From a virus (taxonomy: Duplodnaviria; Caudoviricetes), in the IMG/VR virus record IMGVR_UViG_3300048576_000540, positions 1 through 38,799 of that record: a DNA stretch of 38,799 nt; one strand, written 5' to 3'. The position numbers and the translations under genes were made by a program. Numbering within the stretch: position 1 is the stretch's first letter; the number at the start of each line of letters is the position of its first letter. The notes beneath the pieces were generated by a model. It was not told the origin of the DNA. It saw nothing but the letters and a program-made list of their open reading frames with translations, and searched no databases. Shown here one piece after another: positions 26,444 to 35,962 of the stretch.

Positions 26444-26878
26444 ATGAAGAAGCTCATGACATTGGCGGCGGTCGCGTTGATCGCCTTTGCGGGCAGCGCC
26501 CGGGCCGGGATGCTGCACACGAACACGGTGACGGTCGCGGCCGGACAGACCAACGGGGTGACGGATTTCGCGCTGGGAATGCCTCTCAGCCGCGATGACG
26601 CGCCCGAACTCAACTGCGTGTCGGTCGAAAACGTATCGGGCTACGGCACGGGCACGGTCGTCTTCGCGTCGTACGATTTCCAGCGGGAAATCTCTCTGGC
26701 GACGGCTTCCGGCATCTCGCCCGGGGTTGCGTCCACCGCCTGGCCGATGCGGGCGTACGTGCCCCATTCGACCACGAACGCGGAGCCCTACCTGGTGCGC
26801 ACGCTCAGGGTGCGCGTCGGGCAGTCGTCCACGAACTCCACGCCGACCGTCTACAAAGTCGGCGCGATCACGCGTTAG
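26444..26878 (+). CDS. Signal-peptide beta-rich protein, 144 aa
   Basis: AAGGAG RBS; MKKLMTLAAVALIAFAGSARA; four TN motifs. Confidence 0.75.
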   Translation: MKKLMTLAAVALIAFAGSARAGMLHTNTVTVAAGQTNGVTDFALGMPLSRDDAPELNCVSVENVSGYGTGTVVFASYDFQREISLATASGISPGVASTAWPMRAYVPHSTTNAEPYLVRTLRVRVGQSSTNSTPTVYKVGAITR

Positions 26879-26890
26879 GACAAAAACCCC

Positions 26891-27658
26891 GTGACCCCCT
26901 CCGACATCATATCCGGAAAAACGCCCCTGCCGACCGCGCTGAACAGCGTGGAGATCCGCGCCAAAATCGGCGCGGACATCCTGCGCCGCTCCGTCTTCTC
27001 GGCGCGCACGGCGGAGCGCGGATATCTGGACCTGCTGCAGTCCACGCTGACAAAGGTCTCCGATGGGAGCCTTTCGGATAGCGACGCCGAAGAGGCGCTG
27101 CGCGGATGGCTGAACGATTCCGGGTATGTTCCGGAGGAGGGCAAGGCGGGCGGGGTCGAAGATCTGTCGAGCCACGCGCGGATCAGACTGGTTCTGAACA
27201 CGAACGCCGAGGAGGCCGCGGGCGCGGCGATGGCGCAGAACCAGAACGCGCTGACGCTCGACGCCTATCCGGCCTGGGAGCTGATCCGTATCGGGTGGAC
27301 GAAGAACCCGCGCGACTGGGACGCGCGCTGGCGTCTCGCCGGAGAATCCGTGGGATGGGAGGGCGCGTCCCGCGAAAGTTTCGTCGCGCGCAAGGACTCC
27401 CCGATCTGGCAGGCGCTCGGCGACGGCGAGGGAGGATATGCCGACGGACTCGGTAACCCTTTCCCGCCGTTCGCCTACAGCAGCCATATGACCTGGGTCC
27501 CCGTGGCTCGCGACGCCGCCGAGGCGCTCGGGATCGCGGGGAGCCCGGCCCCGTCCGACGCGACGCTTTCCCCGGGAGAGACGGAACTCATCGACGCCGT
27601 TTCATCGCACGGCCCCGACTTCGCCGCGTCGCTCGCGGCGGAACTGGAGGCCCTGTGA
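26891..27658 (+). CDS. Mu gpF (gp30)-like head morphogenesis protein
   Basis: VFSART, RIRLVLNTN, YPAWELIR, PFPPFAYSS. Confidence 0.75.
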   Translation: MTPSDIISGKTPLPTALNSVEIRAKIGADILRRSVFSARTAERGYLDLLQSTLTKVSDGSLSDSDAEEALRGWLNDSGYVPEEGKAGGVEDLSSHARIRLVLNTNAEEAAGAAMAQNQNALTLDAYPAWELIRIGWTKNPRDWDARWRLAGESVGWEGASRESFVARKDSPIWQALGDGEGGYADGLGNPFPPFAYSSHMTWVPVARDAAEALGIAGSPAPSDATLSPGETELIDAVSSHGPDFAASLAAELEAL

Positions 27659-28293
27659 GCGCGAAATGGAGTGTCGGAATGGTGCGCGATGAAAGCACGC
27701 CGGCCATGGCGATCGCTTCGAAATCGCTGTCCCCCGCGGCCCGGGCGATCCTGCACAAAGGGGCGGCGCAGCCGCTGCTCGCGCTCGTCCGCCGCCATCT
27801 GGCCGGGCTCGCGCAGTCGCGGCACGAAACGGCCGAATCGCTCGGGGCGACGCCTACGGGCAAGCTGGGCGACGCGGCGCGCAGGTCGTTTTCCGGCGCG
27901 GACGCCGAGAGCGCGTCCGTCACGATTCCCGGTCCTCTGCTGAGCCGCGCCTTCCGCGATGTTGTCATCCGTCCGAAACCTCCCGGAAAGGCCCTTGCAA
28001 TACCGATTCACGCTTGGGCGTACGGCGTCAGCCCGCGCGATTGGGAGGCCCGGCGCGGCGGAAGAGGCAAGCTCGTGCCGCTTAACTTCGCGGGCCATTC
28101 GTCCGGGCTGCTGGCCGTGAAGACCGAGAAAAAAGGCAAGCTGACGCCGATGTACATCCTCGTGGCCCGCGTGCGCCAGTCTCAGGACCGCTCCCTGCTG
28201 CCTTCCGACACGGAGCTCGGAGTGGCCGCGCGCGACGGCGTGATGGCCGTGGTCGAAGCCGCCATGGAGCGCGCGCGGGGGAGGTCCGCATGA
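27655..28293 (+). CDS. Mu gpG-like virion morphogenesis protein
   Basis: IRPK..KALAIP motif; follows gpF. Confidence 0.6.
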   Translation: MSAKWSVGMVRDESTPAMAIASKSLSPAARAILHKGAAQPLLALVRRHLAGLAQSRHETAESLGATPTGKLGDAARRSFSGADAESASVTIPGPLLSRAFRDVVIRPKPPGKALAIPIHAWAYGVSPRDWEARRGGRGKLVPLNFAGHSSGLLAVKTEKKGKLTPMYILVARVRQSQDRSLLPSDTELGVAARDGVMAVVEAAMERARGRSA

Positions 28294-30254
28294 GCTACGG
28301 GATGTTCGCGATCGAGAAGCTTTCCGGCGCGGCATGGTCCGCGCTGCCGTGCGAGTCGGCCGCGCTGGGGCTCGCGTCGCTGGCGGCCGACACGCTGCGT
28401 CTCGGCGGGCTGGCCTACGGGGTGCTCGCGGTGGGCGGCGAGGTCCGCGTCACGGCCGGCGGCGAGACGATTTTTTCCGGTATCGTTTCCGCCATCGGGC
28501 GCGACACGCGGCGCGGGCGCACCCAAAGGCAGGCCGCGGCCGTGAGCGGGATCTGGCACGTCATGGAGCGGACGCTCTACACGCAGTCGTGGCCCATGTG
28601 GGTGGTGGATGAGGCGGGAAACGGAAGCTGGCAGACTCGCCGGACCGGGCGGGTCAACCTCAACCAGGCCGAGAACGGAGACTCCGTCAGCGTGGCCGCC
28701 CAGATCGCCGACATCCTCGCCTGCTGCGACGCCAGGATCGCGACGGACGATGATTCCCTCGTCGGGATACCTGAACTTATCATGCCTTATGACGACGCCC
28801 GCGACCTGTGGTGCTCGCAGGCCGTCCAGAAGTCGTTGCGCTTCATGCCGCGCGCGGCCTCTTATATCGTATACGGCGAATCAAAACCCGTCATCCGGTT
28901 CACGTGTCCGGATTCCGGGGCGGAGGACGCGGCCTGGCTTTCCGATTACGCGGCCGCGGGCCGCCTGCTGATCCTGGGCGACGGGGAGACGGACGAGCCG
29001 CCCGCCGGAGTCCAGATCGAGATCGAGACCGGCGGAGACCGCCGCGGGCTCGTCCTGCAGGAGGCCGGCGACGTGTCCGATCCCGCGAAGGTTTTCCGCG
29101 CGAGCCTGTCGCTCGCCGGGCGGGAAGAGTCGGCGAACTACAGATACCTGGACGTCGTGACCGAGGCCGCCCCCGCCACCAGCGCGGCCGGAGCCGTCGA
29201 TTTCACGAACGCGGCCGGAGCGGCCTGGCTCATCGCTCACTGCTCGAGCCTCCAGGGCCTGCACGTGTCCGAGGTGGCGGCCGGATCGATCAGCCGCAGC
29301 GGGGAGGCCGACAAGGCCGGCTATCCGCGCGTCACCAGCACGCCGATCAGGGATCTCAAACCCATCGGGGTAAAGGCCCGGCTGGAGACCTTCACGGCGA
29401 ACGTCAACGTCGTGTTCGTTTCGGACGACGGGACGTCTTCCAGGACCGAGGTCCAGAAGATGCGCGTCGTCCTGCAGCTCGTGGCGACCGACGCCGAAAC
29501 CAAGCGCTACTCCTACCCGGAGTCATCCGGATACGCGGCCGCCGAGAGCGCCCCGGCCGGTCTCGCGGCCGCGATGCTGGAGCACCTGGCGGACTGCGGC
29601 CGCACGGCCTCCGTGCTGGTCAGGCTCGTGTCCGGACTCGGGATCCCGCGGCCCGGAGACTGCCGTTCGGGCCTTCCCGCGCAATCCGTGGAGATCGACC
29701 TCAAACGCGAGACGGCGGTGGTGTCGTTCGGGTCTCCGTCGCACCTTTCGGCCGACGACCTCGCCTCCGTCCTTTCGGGATTCCGCAATCTCCGGCGCGC
29801 GACCGCGTGGGGGTCGCGCCGGTCGGACGGCGATCCGGACGAGAATGACGCCGAGCCCGCCACGATGGTCATGCCGGTCAAAGAGGAGTCCTTTTCGCTC
29901 GGCTCGTACTCCCGGGTCGGAATCAGCAAGGACGGCAAGAAGGTCGACGTGAACCCGGCAGACCTCAAGGCGTCCGGCGACGAGGCGAAGCTCCGGACGG
30001 TCAACTTCAAAGGTCCGGACGGCAGCACGCAGAACCTGCAGGTCCTCGCGACCGCGCCGGTCGAAGGCGAGGCCGAGGAGGAAGATGAAGACCCTTGCGA
30101 CGACCATCCGGAAGGCGGGGACGGCGTCGCGGCGTCCGGGTCGGAAGACGGGGAATCCGGAGGAAGCGAAGGCGTCCCGGCCGGCGGCGGCGACGACACG
30201 GGCGCCGGAGGCTCAGGCGGCGTCGCGGCATGCGCGACGCAGTGCGACTGTTAG
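28290..30254 (+). CDS. Putative tail tip/hub protein with acidic, Cys-ended C-terminus, 654 aa
   Basis: IFSGIV hub-like N-terminus; position in the late operon. Confidence 0.55.
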   Translation: MSYGMFAIEKLSGAAWSALPCESAALGLASLAADTLRLGGLAYGVLAVGGEVRVTAGGETIFSGIVSAIGRDTRRGRTQRQAAAVSGIWHVMERTLYTQSWPMWVVDEAGNGSWQTRRTGRVNLNQAENGDSVSVAAQIADILACCDARIATDDDSLVGIPELIMPYDDARDLWCSQAVQKSLRFMPRAASYIVYGESKPVIRFTCPDSGAEDAAWLSDYAAAGRLLILGDGETDEPPAGVQIEIETGGDRRGLVLQEAGDVSDPAKVFRASLSLAGREESANYRYLDVVTEAAPATSAAGAVDFTNAAGAAWLIAHCSSLQGLHVSEVAAGSISRSGEADKAGYPRVTSTPIRDLKPIGVKARLETFTANVNVVFVSDDGTSSRTEVQKMRVVLQLVATDAETKRYSYPESSGYAAAESAPAGLAAAMLEHLADCGRTASVLVRLVSGLGIPRPGDCRSGLPAQSVEIDLKRETAVVSFGSPSHLSADDLASVLSGFRNLRRATAWGSRRSDGDPDENDAEPATMVMPVKEESFSLGSYSRVGISKDGKKVDVNPADLKASGDEAKLRTVNFKGPDGSTQNLQVLATAPVEGEAEEEDEDPCDDHPEGGDGVAASGSEDGESGGSEGVPAGGGDDTGAGGSGGVAACATQCDC

Positions 30255-30263
30255 GAGGAAATC

Positions 30264-30686
30264 ATGGGCATACAGATCAAAATCGGAAGCTTTCTTTTGT
30301 GCGAGGACGGAGAGCGCTCGCTGAACGGCTCTCCCGTCGGACCGATCGACGGCAAGGGCGGGCTTGTTCCGGGAACGGACGACCGCGAATACATCGGCGC
30401 GGACGGCATCGAGCCGGAGCATGTCGGTTGCGACCGCAAGAGCCTGTCGTTCGCCGTTTCCCGCGTCTACTCCACGCCGGCGCTGGCGTTCGCCGCATGG
30501 GTGGCGATGGTGCAGCCGCCGACAGCCGCGAACCTCTCCGCCGGAGCGGTCCCGCGCGTGGGCGCGCTGACCGTGACGGACGGGGCGGCGGTGAGCACCG
30601 TCATGCAGCACGCGGCCCTGCGCTCGCTGGACCACGTCCAGGTCGGATGCGCGCTCGCGCTCCGCTACACGTTTGAAGGGTTTTGA
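30264..30686 (+). CDS. Putative tail protein, 140 aa
   Basis: AGGAGG RBS; beta-rich; tail region. Confidence 0.55.
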   Translation: MGIQIKIGSFLLCEDGERSLNGSPVGPIDGKGGLVPGTDDREYIGADGIEPEHVGCDRKSLSFAVSRVYSTPALAFAAWVAMVQPPTAANLSAGAVPRVGALTVTDGAAVSTVMQHAALRSLDHVQVGCALALRYTFEGF

Positions 30687-30712
30687 CAAGGAAAGGGGAA
30701 CGGCGGTACAAT
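30683..30712 (+). promoter_or_regulatory. Near-consensus sigma70 promoter for a moron
   Basis: TTGACA-18 nt-TACAAT, 7 nt before ATG 30720. Confidence 0.7.
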
Positions 30713-30719
30713 GCGCGCC

Positions 30720-30845
30720 ATGAAACGAGAAACGGACGAGTTCGACAGGATCGACCGCGGCAACGCGGCCTGCGGCTGGGCGGCCCTGATCGGGTCCGCG
30801 CTCGCCTTCGCGCTCGCCTGGCTCATCGTTTTCCGCGCGCCCTGA
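30720..30845 (+). CDS. 41-aa single-TM moron (not in the ORF track)
   Basis: MKRETDEFDRIDRGNAACGWAALIGSALAFALAWLIVFRAP*; fills the gap before the tape measure; no SD. Confidence 0.65.
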   Translation: MKRETDEFDRIDRGNAACGWAALIGSALAFALAWLIVFRAP

Positions 30846-30857
30846 CCGCCGGCCGCA

Positions 30858-32507
30858 ATGGCCGACAACAACGAATACAAGACGGTCCTGAAGATATCGG
30901 CCGAGGGCGACCCCGCCGGGGTCGACGCGTTCACGGAGAGCCTCAAAAAGCTCAGGGGCGAGGCGTCCGGATCCGCGTCCGACCTCTCCAAGGCGGGCTC
31001 GCAGGCCAAGGAAGCCGCGTCCGGAATGTCGGAGGCCGCTTCCGAAACAAAGAGCCTCGGCGACGCGCACGAAAAGTCCGGGGAGAAGGCCGACAGCGCG
31101 TACGGAAAGACCCGCAGGGGCATCGAGTCCGTCAGCAAGGGCGTCCACATGCTGAACAGGCTGGTGGCAGGATTCGGCATCGTCGGCATGCTTAACAACG
31201 CCATCGGCCTGCTCAAGAGCCTGAAGGAGTGGCTGGATTCATCGGGAGCGGCCGCGCATAAGGCCGCGATGGAAATGGACAACCTGGCCAAAGCCGACAC
31301 CCTGCGGCAGGCCAATGCCCTGGCCGACGCCCAGGAGCGGGCCGCCGCCGCGGTCATGCGGCAGGCGGAGGGCATGCGCTCGATCGCCGTCGCCCGGGCC
31401 TCTGAAGCTGATGCGGGATACGGGGCTGACCTCGCGTCCCTGGACGCCGACGAGCAAAAGGCGCTCGCCGAATCCACGGCGAAGGATAAAAACAACGAGG
31501 CCGGACGCGCCGCGATCTCGGCCGACTTCGCCTCCCGCCGCCGCACCCTCCAGCGCGGCCGCGAGCAGGCCTCCGCGAAATCGGCCATGGACCGGGCTGA
31601 GGAGAACCGGCAGACAGCCGAGCGTATGGCGGATACACGCTCGTCGGACGTCGGGGAGACCGCCGGAAAGCTCGCCGAGATTGAGCGCAAGATTGCCGAG
31701 GAGACGGCCCGCGGACAGGCAGCGTTCAATCCGGCAACAGCCCCCACAAGAAATATCTATAACGCGGGTCCGTTGGGCATACGGTCCGAAATTGATGTTA
31801 ATGATCAAAAACGCATTGCGGCCGAGGTTGAAAGTAACCTGCGAGGTGAAAACGGACTCGTCAAGACGCGCGACGCCGAACGTAAAAGGCTGGCCGATCA
31901 GAAAGCGGCCTCCGAAGATGCCAGCAGGGCCGTTCCAGCCGCGAACGCGGCCGCTCAAAAGGCCCGTATCGATTATCAGTCGGTCGTTCAGAACGCCCCT
32001 CGGAGAGACGCCGCCCTGGACGCGATGGACGCCCTCAAGGTCGAGGATGCGCGGCGCAAGCAGTCCGAACAGTTCGGCAAGGATCAGGCCGCCGAAAAAT
32101 GGAAAGACGTGCGCGACCGCGACCGCCGCGCAGCGGACGCGGCCCTTCCTGGCCTTTACAGGCAGCGCGGATCCCTGGAGTCCGAACAGATCTCGCTCGA
32201 AACGCGGGAGCAGGACAAGCGCGACGCGCTCGCGCGTCTGCGCGCCGACGAGGGAACGGCCAGATGGCAGGCGCAGCTGGCGTCCAAAGACCCGTCGCTT
32301 ACCCCGCGCCAGCGCCGCGACCAGTCCGAGGCGCTCAACAAAAAGGCCGACGCAATCGCCGGCGAAGAAAAGCGCACCCTGGCGGCCATCGAAACCATCG
32401 AAGCCTCTTTCAGAAGCGTGGCGGAAAGAATGGAGCGGGTCGCCGCCCGGATCAAGTCCGTTGAAGAGCGCTCGACCGCCGGAGACGCAGACATTTACGC
32501 CCCATAA
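30858..32507 (+). CDS. Tape measure protein, 549 aa
   Basis: YKTVLKISAEGD N-terminus, Ala-rich helical sequence, one hydrophobic segment. Confidence 0.75.
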   Translation: MADNNEYKTVLKISAEGDPAGVDAFTESLKKLRGEASGSASDLSKAGSQAKEAASGMSEAASETKSLGDAHEKSGEKADSAYGKTRRGIESVSKGVHMLNRLVAGFGIVGMLNNAIGLLKSLKEWLDSSGAAAHKAAMEMDNLAKADTLRQANALADAQERAAAAVMRQAEGMRSIAVARASEADAGYGADLASLDADEQKALAESTAKDKNNEAGRAAISADFASRRRTLQRGREQASAKSAMDRAEENRQTAERMADTRSSDVGETAGKLAEIERKIAEETARGQAAFNPATAPTRNIYNAGPLGIRSEIDVNDQKRIAAEVESNLRGENGLVKTRDAERKRLADQKAASEDASRAVPAANAAAQKARIDYQSVVQNAPRRDAALDAMDALKVEDARRKQSEQFGKDQAAEKWKDVRDRDRRAADAALPGLYRQRGSLESEQISLETREQDKRDALARLRADEGTARWQAQLASKDPSLTPRQRRDQSEALNKKADAIAGEEKRTLAAIETIEASFRSVAERMERVAARIKSVEERSTAGDADIYAP

Positions 32508-32520
32508 AGGAAGGAACATC

Positions 32521-34014
32521 ATGAGCTGCACTTATTACGCGAGCGCGGTCCGATTTCAAAAACGATACAAGGCCCCGACGCTGACCCCGACGAGCTCCGC
32601 CTACACGGCGTCCGTGGCGGCCTGGCACGGCCTGCAGGCGGAGCCCTGGTACCGGGTCGCGGCAAACAAAGTCGCCGTTCTGACGCCTCACGAGACGGCC
32701 GGGGCGGGCGAGCCCGCCGACCGCGAATACTATGACGCCTACGAGCTGTGCGCCGAGCACGCCGCCGCGCAGCACCGGTGCTACGCGGGGATGACGGCCT
32801 ACCGCATCTCGCTGCCCGACGCCGCGGCAGGCCTTTCCCTCGAATCGCTTTCGGTGAGCGTTTCGTGCGACCCGTACAACCGCTACGGGGCGCGCCTGGC
32901 GCTCGCGGCGTCCGCGTCCGCGTCCCCGTCCGACGATTGGGGCGCGTGCCGGGAAGGCGTCGCCAGCGCTTCCGGCGTCGCCCCGCGGACGACGTCTACG
33001 GACGGCACGCTGTGGTACGGTGCCACGGCCGATGCGACGATTTCCCCGGCCGGCGGGCTGGAGCTGCAGAAATACCTGTGGGTGTTCCTGTCGCTGGAGA
33101 ACTACCAGCGCAGCCGCAACGGCTGGCTGGAGGGGTCCGCGATCCTCACGCCCGTGTTCACGCTGACGCTCGGGGCCGCGATCGACGGATATGATTCCGG
33201 TTCTGCCGTCGGCGGCGGTTACGGCGACGAGGATGCGTACGTCCTTTCGGCGGGAGGGATAATAATCGCTCCTGAAGCGGGCTTTCAGGCCGATTGCAAG
33301 GCCCGCGAAATCGCCTTGCAATCCGTCTGCATCGGCCATTCCACTTCCCGAAACGATCCGCCGTCCGCCGACGCGAAGGCCGCGCTGCCCGTTCTGCTGG
33401 CCCGGATCGCGGCGGCGGGCATGGAGGCCACAGACATGGCATCCCGGCCGCTGCGCGAATGGACGGCGAATCAGATCGGCCTGTCGTGTTCGATCGTGCG
33501 CCGCATAATCGGGGCGTCCGCTCCGTTCGAGCAACGGCTGGAACTAGTCGTTGCGCCCGTCGCGCTGCTCTGCGCGCTTCCGGTCGATTACGCCCCCTCC
33601 GTGGTCCGTCTCACTCGCCGCGCGGGGGACGGCGCGCTGCCTGTTTCAGGGGCGGACGTCCGGCTGTCCGTGTACTGGGCACCCTCGCAGGCCGTATCGC
33701 TGTCAGGCCTGTCGGCGTTCTTCGCCCTGCCGTCTTTCGCCTTCGGCGGGGACACGCTGACCGCGGGCGGGGCGACCGCGGAGCTGATCGGTTCGGCGGA
33801 ACTTCCCGCCGGCATTCCCGACGGCGGATCGATTGCGATCAGGATATCGGGGATAACCGACCGGTGGGGAACCCTGATGATCGTCCCTTGGATCGCCCGC
33901 GTCACGGCTTCAGAGCTTGCGGTAGACGAGCCCGTCGGACTCGTCGGCGTTGATGTGTCGGAAAACGAAATCGCGGGGGCCGGATGGGTTCCCGACATTC
34001 AGATGGAGGTTTAA
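32521..34014 (+). CDS. Putative tail/structural protein, 497 aa
   Basis: AAGGAAGG RBS before ATG 32521; beta-rich; follows the tape measure. Confidence 0.6.
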   Translation: MSCTYYASAVRFQKRYKAPTLTPTSSAYTASVAAWHGLQAEPWYRVAANKVAVLTPHETAGAGEPADREYYDAYELCAEHAAAQHRCYAGMTAYRISLPDAAAGLSLESLSVSVSCDPYNRYGARLALAASASASPSDDWGACREGVASASGVAPRTTSTDGTLWYGATADATISPAGGLELQKYLWVFLSLENYQRSRNGWLEGSAILTPVFTLTLGAAIDGYDSGSAVGGGYGDEDAYVLSAGGIIIAPEAGFQADCKAREIALQSVCIGHSTSRNDPPSADAKAALPVLLARIAAAGMEATDMASRPLREWTANQIGLSCSIVRRIIGASAPFEQRLELVVAPVALLCALPVDYAPSVVRLTRRAGDGALPVSGADVRLSVYWAPSQAVSLSGLSAFFALPSFAFGGDTLTAGGATAELIGSAELPAGIPDGGSIAIRISGITDRWGTLMIVPWIARVTASELAVDEPVGLVGVDVSENEIAGAGWVPDIQMEV

Positions 34015-34015
34015 G

Positions 34016-35962
34016 ATGAGGATTCTTATCGCTTTTTTGCTTGGTTTTTCTTTGATCGCCCGCGCGTCGGATATGACCGATTTCGATGGCGACGGGCTTC
34101 CCGACGTCTGGGAGGCCGCCTTCGGCCTGCGCACGAACAGCGCGGTCGGGGTGGACGGGCCGTACGGAGATCCCGACTGCGACGGGCTCTCGAATCTCGC
34201 CGAATACAGGGCCGGGTACTACAGCATCGCCGGAAACATCTACAGCAACGCCGCCAACGCGATCGCCGGCCTGTGCCCTACAAACGGGCACAGCGTCAAC
34301 GCGGCGGTCTGGGATGCCTATCTGCGCCCGGAGGGAGCGTCCGCCTGCCTTCGCCGACTTTACGCGGATGGCGACTTTGTCGACGATTCATGGGAATCAA
34401 CAAACGCTGTCGTATCGCTGGATACTTGGGACGACGCGACTGTCATCGGAGGGCGCACGGCATGGGACTTGTGCCGGTCCGCGTTCGCGCGCCGAACTCA
34501 GACGGTTGTCGCGGGGGTGTATTACCGGGGCGTTCGCGAGGGTCAACCGGCCCCGGTTGTCTTCCATTTCTTCGGGTTTCCGGAAATGAACGGCCGGCCG
34601 GACGCGATCGCTTCCGCCGCCTGTTCCGGAAACTGGGAAACCCCGTTTGTCGCGACTCTCACCAATTGGGCCGGGACCGTTCGGTCAGGGACGAACTACG
34701 TGTTCGCGTTCTTGGATCTGAGCGGCAATGGCGCGTGGGACGCCGGCGAGCCGTGCGGCGTGGCTACGCCGTTCGGCAACGACATCGGCTGGGACTACAA
34801 CCGGATCAACGTTCAGCTCACCGATTACACGCCGGGATACCTGCGCATGGATCTGTCCGGGAAACGTTCGGAAGACGTGATTTCGGGCGCCGGAGCAAGT
34901 GGGGGCGGTGCTTCGGCGGCGACGTCCGCGCTTGAGACGCGCGTCCGCGTCTACAGGCGGTCGGTGGACAGTAATAACACATGGGATTATCTCGCGTTGG
35001 ACAAAGTCATCAAATCGCCTCGCACGTATATCCATGAGGGCGACTTTATGGGACAGGGTGAGCTCGCTTTGGATTGGGGACTGATCGACGCACCAACAGA
35101 TATGAACCGCCAGCATTTAGTATATCAGGTTTATATCGGGGACAATGAACTCACAACAAACAACACGCTTGTGGCGGCCTTTACCAACACGTTTGATGTA
35201 ACGGCGGATGAGCGTGCCAAAGCTGCAGCAAACTCGCCGGTCAGCGGCAAGTATGTGTACTCGGCGCGTCCGACCTTCAAGTGGACCATGCCGGACCGCT
35301 ATATCGCTTTTGCGATCGAGATCAAGAAAGGAGGTACGAATGGCCCGACAGTCTACGCGTCCGTCACGCTGCAGTGCCCTGTTCGCGACTCATCTTCGAG
35401 CGAGTTGATTTTTTCCGCGCCGATCTACCAGGGATGCGCATGGACAAATGGAGAATATTATGTTGCCGGAACATCTTATTGGTGGCGCGTGATCGCGCTG
35501 AATTCGAAGTTCACGCTGACCACCGCTCCGATCATATGGTCGGATTGGAATAGCTATTACCAAGCGAGTTCTTTTTCGCGCCCGTCAGCATGGGGAAACA
35601 TGCCTCTGTCAATCTGCTATGCCTCATCTTATGCCACGGGATTGGTTATTGCGGAAGCTCACCGTTCAGCGTCTTTTACAGATGATCCGGTTTATAAGGT
35701 TTCATCCCCGTCGGATGGTTCTCTCACAAACATGGTTTCGGGCTTTACAAATCTTGTTTTCAGGGGAATCGCGGACGGGTCTTACTTTGTTTGTTCGTTT
35801 TTAGATTCAAACACGAACGGAGTTCGGGATCTCAATGAGCCATGGGGTTATTATAATAATTTTGGAGCATCGGGCATCGCCCCTTTTGATCCCCAAGAAG
35901 TTAGGATTCTTCACAATAGTTCATCATCCCTTCCCATTGTTATAGAGAATTCAACCCCCTGA
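34016..35962 (+). CDS. Secreted protein with DxDGDG Ca-binding loops, 648 aa
   Basis: Signal MRILIAFLLGFSLIARA; DFDGDGLPDVWE, DPDCDGLSNLAEY, DLSGNGAWDAGEP, DSNTNGVRDLNEP. Confidence 0.8.
   Translation: MRILIAFLLGFSLIARASDMTDFDGDGLPDVWEAAFGLRTNSAVGVDGPYGDPDCDGLSNLAEYRAGYYSIAGNIYSNAANAIAGLCPTNGHSVNAAVWDAYLRPEGASACLRRLYADGDFVDDSWESTNAVVSLDTWDDATVIGGRTAWDLCRSAFARRTQTVVAGVYYRGVREGQPAPVVFHFFGFPEMNGRPDAIASAACSGNWETPFVATLTNWAGTVRSGTNYVFAFLDLSGNGAWDAGEPCGVATPFGNDIGWDYNRINVQLTDYTPGYLRMDLSGKRSEDVISGAGASGGGASAATSALETRVRVYRRSVDSNNTWDYLALDKVIKSPRTYIHEGDFMGQGELALDWGLIDAPTDMNRQHLVYQVYIGDNELTTNNTLVAAFTNTFDVTADERAKAAANSPVSGKYVYSARPTFKWTMPDRYIAFAIEIKKGGTNGPTVYASVTLQCPVRDSSSSELIFSAPIYQGCAWTNGEYYVAGTSYWWRVIALNSKFTLTTAPIIWSDWNSYYQASSFSRPSAWGNMPLSICYASSYATGLVIAEAHRSASFTDDPVYKVSSPSDGSLTNMVSGFTNLVFRGIADGSYFVCSFLDSNTNGVRDLNEPWGYYNNFGASGIAPFDPQEVRILHNSSSSLPIVIENSTP

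Noticed and set aside
31315-32520. N-terminal half of the 899-aa ORF as a frameshift fusion
   Set aside because: Pro/Arg-rich shadow frame of the tape measure; a good RBS precedes ATG 32521; no slippery site seen
21069-35962. Diversity-generating retroelement or Gin-type invertible fibre cassette
   Set aside because: No reverse transcriptase, no TR/VR pair seen, no reversed fibre genes or inverted repeats seen by eye
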